A stretch of DNA of 64,000 nt from a virus (taxonomy: Duplodnaviria; Heunggongvirae; Uroviricota; Caudoviricetes). Below, in pieces: positions 62,071 to 64,000 of this stretch. Every line of letters starts with the position of its first letter. Position 1 is the first letter of the stretch. Location: IMG/VR virus record IMGVR_UViG_3300018080_004888, positions 1-64,000 of that record; one strand, given 5' to 3'. The notes below the pieces were generated by a model. It was not told where the DNA came from, searched no databases, and saw nothing but the letters and a program-made list of their open reading frames with translations. A program made the position numbers and the translations under genes.

Positions 62071-62883
62071 CTAATCAAATTTTTTCGGAGAGCTTTTTTG
62101 GTATTTCACTACGGCAAAACCGCGAAGCGGGCCATCTTTGCGGTTTATCGGATCTCTTCCGTATTTCGGGTTTCCGCTCATCCCATCTGACCTCGGCCCA
62201 CCAATGTCAAATTGGGGAATCTCGGCAATACGGCAGGGATGTGTCCAAGCCACCTTAGTAATAAAATTCGGATTTTCCTTTGTCATTCTTTCCCAGCGAA
62301 CATACGTCTTCATCGGCGTTTCGTATTCCAAAACTGGAAACGAATACCAGTCCTCACAGTCCAAATAACGCGTGTTCCAAAAGTTCGTGATGACTACTTC
62401 AAATTTGTTATTTGGAGCGTGCATCAGGCAAACTTGGAGGCTTGGATACCAAATGTTCGGCAACGGCGGAAAGAATACTTCCTGATCGATATATCGGATT
62501 GGCTCGTTGCTAAACGAAACATGGAGACTTGTACCCATTTTCCCCAAGTATCTTGTAAACTGCATATACGGCATTGCCAATTCGTGGTTGAAATACTGTT
62601 CACAAAGGCAAAATTTGCACACCCTTATTTGGGGTGGATATTCAACAACGTGTAGTTGTTTGTCCTTATAGACTTCGCGACAGGATTTCATTTGTTCTAC
62701 ATATTCCCTGGCAGCGTTGGCCTCCTGTTGTCTTTTCGCCTCATTTATCTGTTCTTCGTATTCTGCCATTGCCACTTCGTAGAATTTCAATCCATCTCCA
62801 CAGGGTTTCCCCGCATCCTCCCAAAGGTAGTATGCTCGGACGCGGACACATTCTATGAGTTCGGCGGGGGATAATTGGGGCAT
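62071..62883 (-). CDS. Hypothetical protein, paralog family member.
   Basis: YPPQIRVCKF...MPYMQF...PLPNIW...FWNTRY motifs shared with 56413..56991 and 57204..57950. Confidence 0.4.
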   Translation of the reverse strand: MPQLSPAELIECVRVRAYYLWEDAGKPCGDGLKFYEVAMAEYEEQINEAKRQQEANAAREYVEQMKSCREVYKDKQLHVVEYPPQIRVCKFCLCEQYFNHELAMPYMQFTRYLGKMGTSLHVSFSNEPIRYIDQEVFFPPLPNIWYPSLQVCLMHAPNNKFEVVITNFWNTRYLDCEDWYSFPVLEYETPMKTYVRWERMTKENPNFITKVAWTHPCRIAEIPQFDIGGPRSDGMSGNPKYGRDPINRKDGPLRGFAVVKYQKSSPKKFD

Positions 62884-62953
62884 TTTGTTTCCTTACTTGC
62901 TCCTCGAATTATAGTCCGAAGCAGGATCTCTGTAAAGTAACTCTTATAAAGTA

Positions 62954-63283
62954 ATGAAAAAATGGTCGATCCTATTCGTGTTCCTTCTTGCCTTCTGTGT
63001 GTTTGTGGAATGCTACGATCTCTATTGGTCGATCAAGCTACAGGATGTTCTCTATAAAAGCGAACTTAATCCCTTTGGTCGTTTCCTAATGGACCTAGAT
63101 GGGGGAAGTGTAGCCCTCTTCATGGCCGTGAAAGTTGCTAGTATCTGTTTGATTACTGCTGCTCTTCCTCTTCTTTTTGTCTTCCGGCCAAGATTGGCTT
63201 GGATCTTATTGACAATCTCGGTGATTTGGCGGTTAGCGTTGCTGTTGTTTCTTGAATTTGGGCACTTACTCTTTGCCCATTAA
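62954..63283 (+). CDS. Small membrane protein.
   Basis: 109 aa with three or four hydrophobic helices. Confidence 0.3.
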   Translation: MKKWSILFVFLLAFCVFVECYDLYWSIKLQDVLYKSELNPFGRFLMDLDGGSVALFMAVKVASICLITAALPLLFVFRPRLAWILLTISVIWRLALLLFLEFGHLLFAH

Positions 63284-64000
63284 GACCTTCCAGGCTTTAG
63301 TGAGTCTTTGAGCAAAGCTTGTTTTGGGTTCTGGTTCTGGATCGGGGTCTTTTAGAACAAACGGCTGAATAGGATATTGCAGCTTCTCTTTGCCTTCATC
63401 GTAGTAGGGTTGTGTTCCAACCCATTTGCCGCTGGCGGTGTTGGGATCGTACATGTCCCCGTCCATTCCCGAATCACACATTTTTCTTTCCTTTCGGTTG
63501 TCGCATAAAATCGTAGCCATGTTCCAATCCAGCCACGACGGCTCCCATAGTTACTCCAAAGAGCCACCCGATCCAGTAGAGAGGATTGTATCTCATTCTT
63601 TCTTTCCTTTTTCACCAAGCGGTAAGAAAATCGACTTTGATGATTTTGGGCTCATCCATATAAAAAGACGTGCCCGGTAACCGACCCACCGTTACAACGG
63701 TGGATGACGAGTTAATTTTAAGAGACAGACCAGAAGTTAAAGCCAAATTCTAGCACCTCGGCCTGCGGTCACCTCGTCTAGACACTTTTTGGGATGGGTG
63801 TTGGTTTACCGGACACGCTATGTTTTGAATTCCTTAATCAATTCCTCAGTTTGTTCCCAGGGGAATTCGGGACGGCCAAAATGCCCTCCCGCAGCAGTAT
63901 TTAGATACCCTCCGAAGCCAAAAGGTTCGCGTAAATCCAACCTTTTGATGATTGCAGAAGGACTTAAGCCGACTTTTTCAGCCATTTTTGTGAGTTTTTG

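Overview
Most of this 64-kb window is densely coding on the minus strand, with mainly small ORFs of unknown function. It reads like phage or mobile-element-derived accessory DNA. Two HNH endonucleases, a LAGLIDADG-like endonuclease, a Lar-like protein and many small Cys-rich ORFs support that reading.

What I can support directly from the sequence:

(1) A family of at least 14 tandem minus-strand genes whose products all begin with a twin-arginine (Tat) signal, MNRREFLKGTAAAGAAAVLP. The Ala-rich core of that signal is encoded by a GC-rich DNA palindrome, and the palindrome is kept by compensatory changes between copies.

(2) A plus-strand glycan-modification cluster of four SAM methyltransferases, a GT17-like glycosyltransferase and three sulfotransferases. 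An adenylylsulfate (APS) kinase sits about 45 kb away.

(3) A tightly overlapping minus-strand operon that ends in a JAB/MPN (JAMM) metalloprotease and a ThiF/MoeB-family E1-like enzyme.

(4) A glutamate dehydrogenase, an SPFH/Band-7 protein, a GNAT acetyltransferase and a saccharopine-dehydrogenase-like oxidoreductase.

(5) A Ro60/TROVE plus vWA protein gene placed next to a roughly 6-kb minus-strand tRNA array (47.1-53.1 kb). The array holds canonical tRNAs: Arg-ACG, Thr-UGU x2, Gln-CUG, Gln-UUG x2, Asn-GUU, Trp-CCA, Ile-GAU, Gly-GCC, Gly-UCC, Cys-GCA, Lys-CUU and a Lys-UUU-like one. It also holds at least four tRNA genes whose acceptor and D-stem halves are separated, in the D-loop, by a conserved 60-75-nt element with a covarying hairpin. 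The same element also sits between uninterrupted tRNAs. Two further tRNA genes carry roughly 197-nt paralogous insertions with group-I-intron-like core elements in the anticodon loop, next to the LAGLIDADG-like ORF.

(6) A second cluster of four tandem tRNA-like ncRNA units (60.6-61.05 kb), followed by about 1 kb of ORF-poor sequence with long perfect hairpins.

All tRNA calls were folded by hand, without tRNAscan or Infernal. All protein calls rest on recognised motifs, not on database searches.
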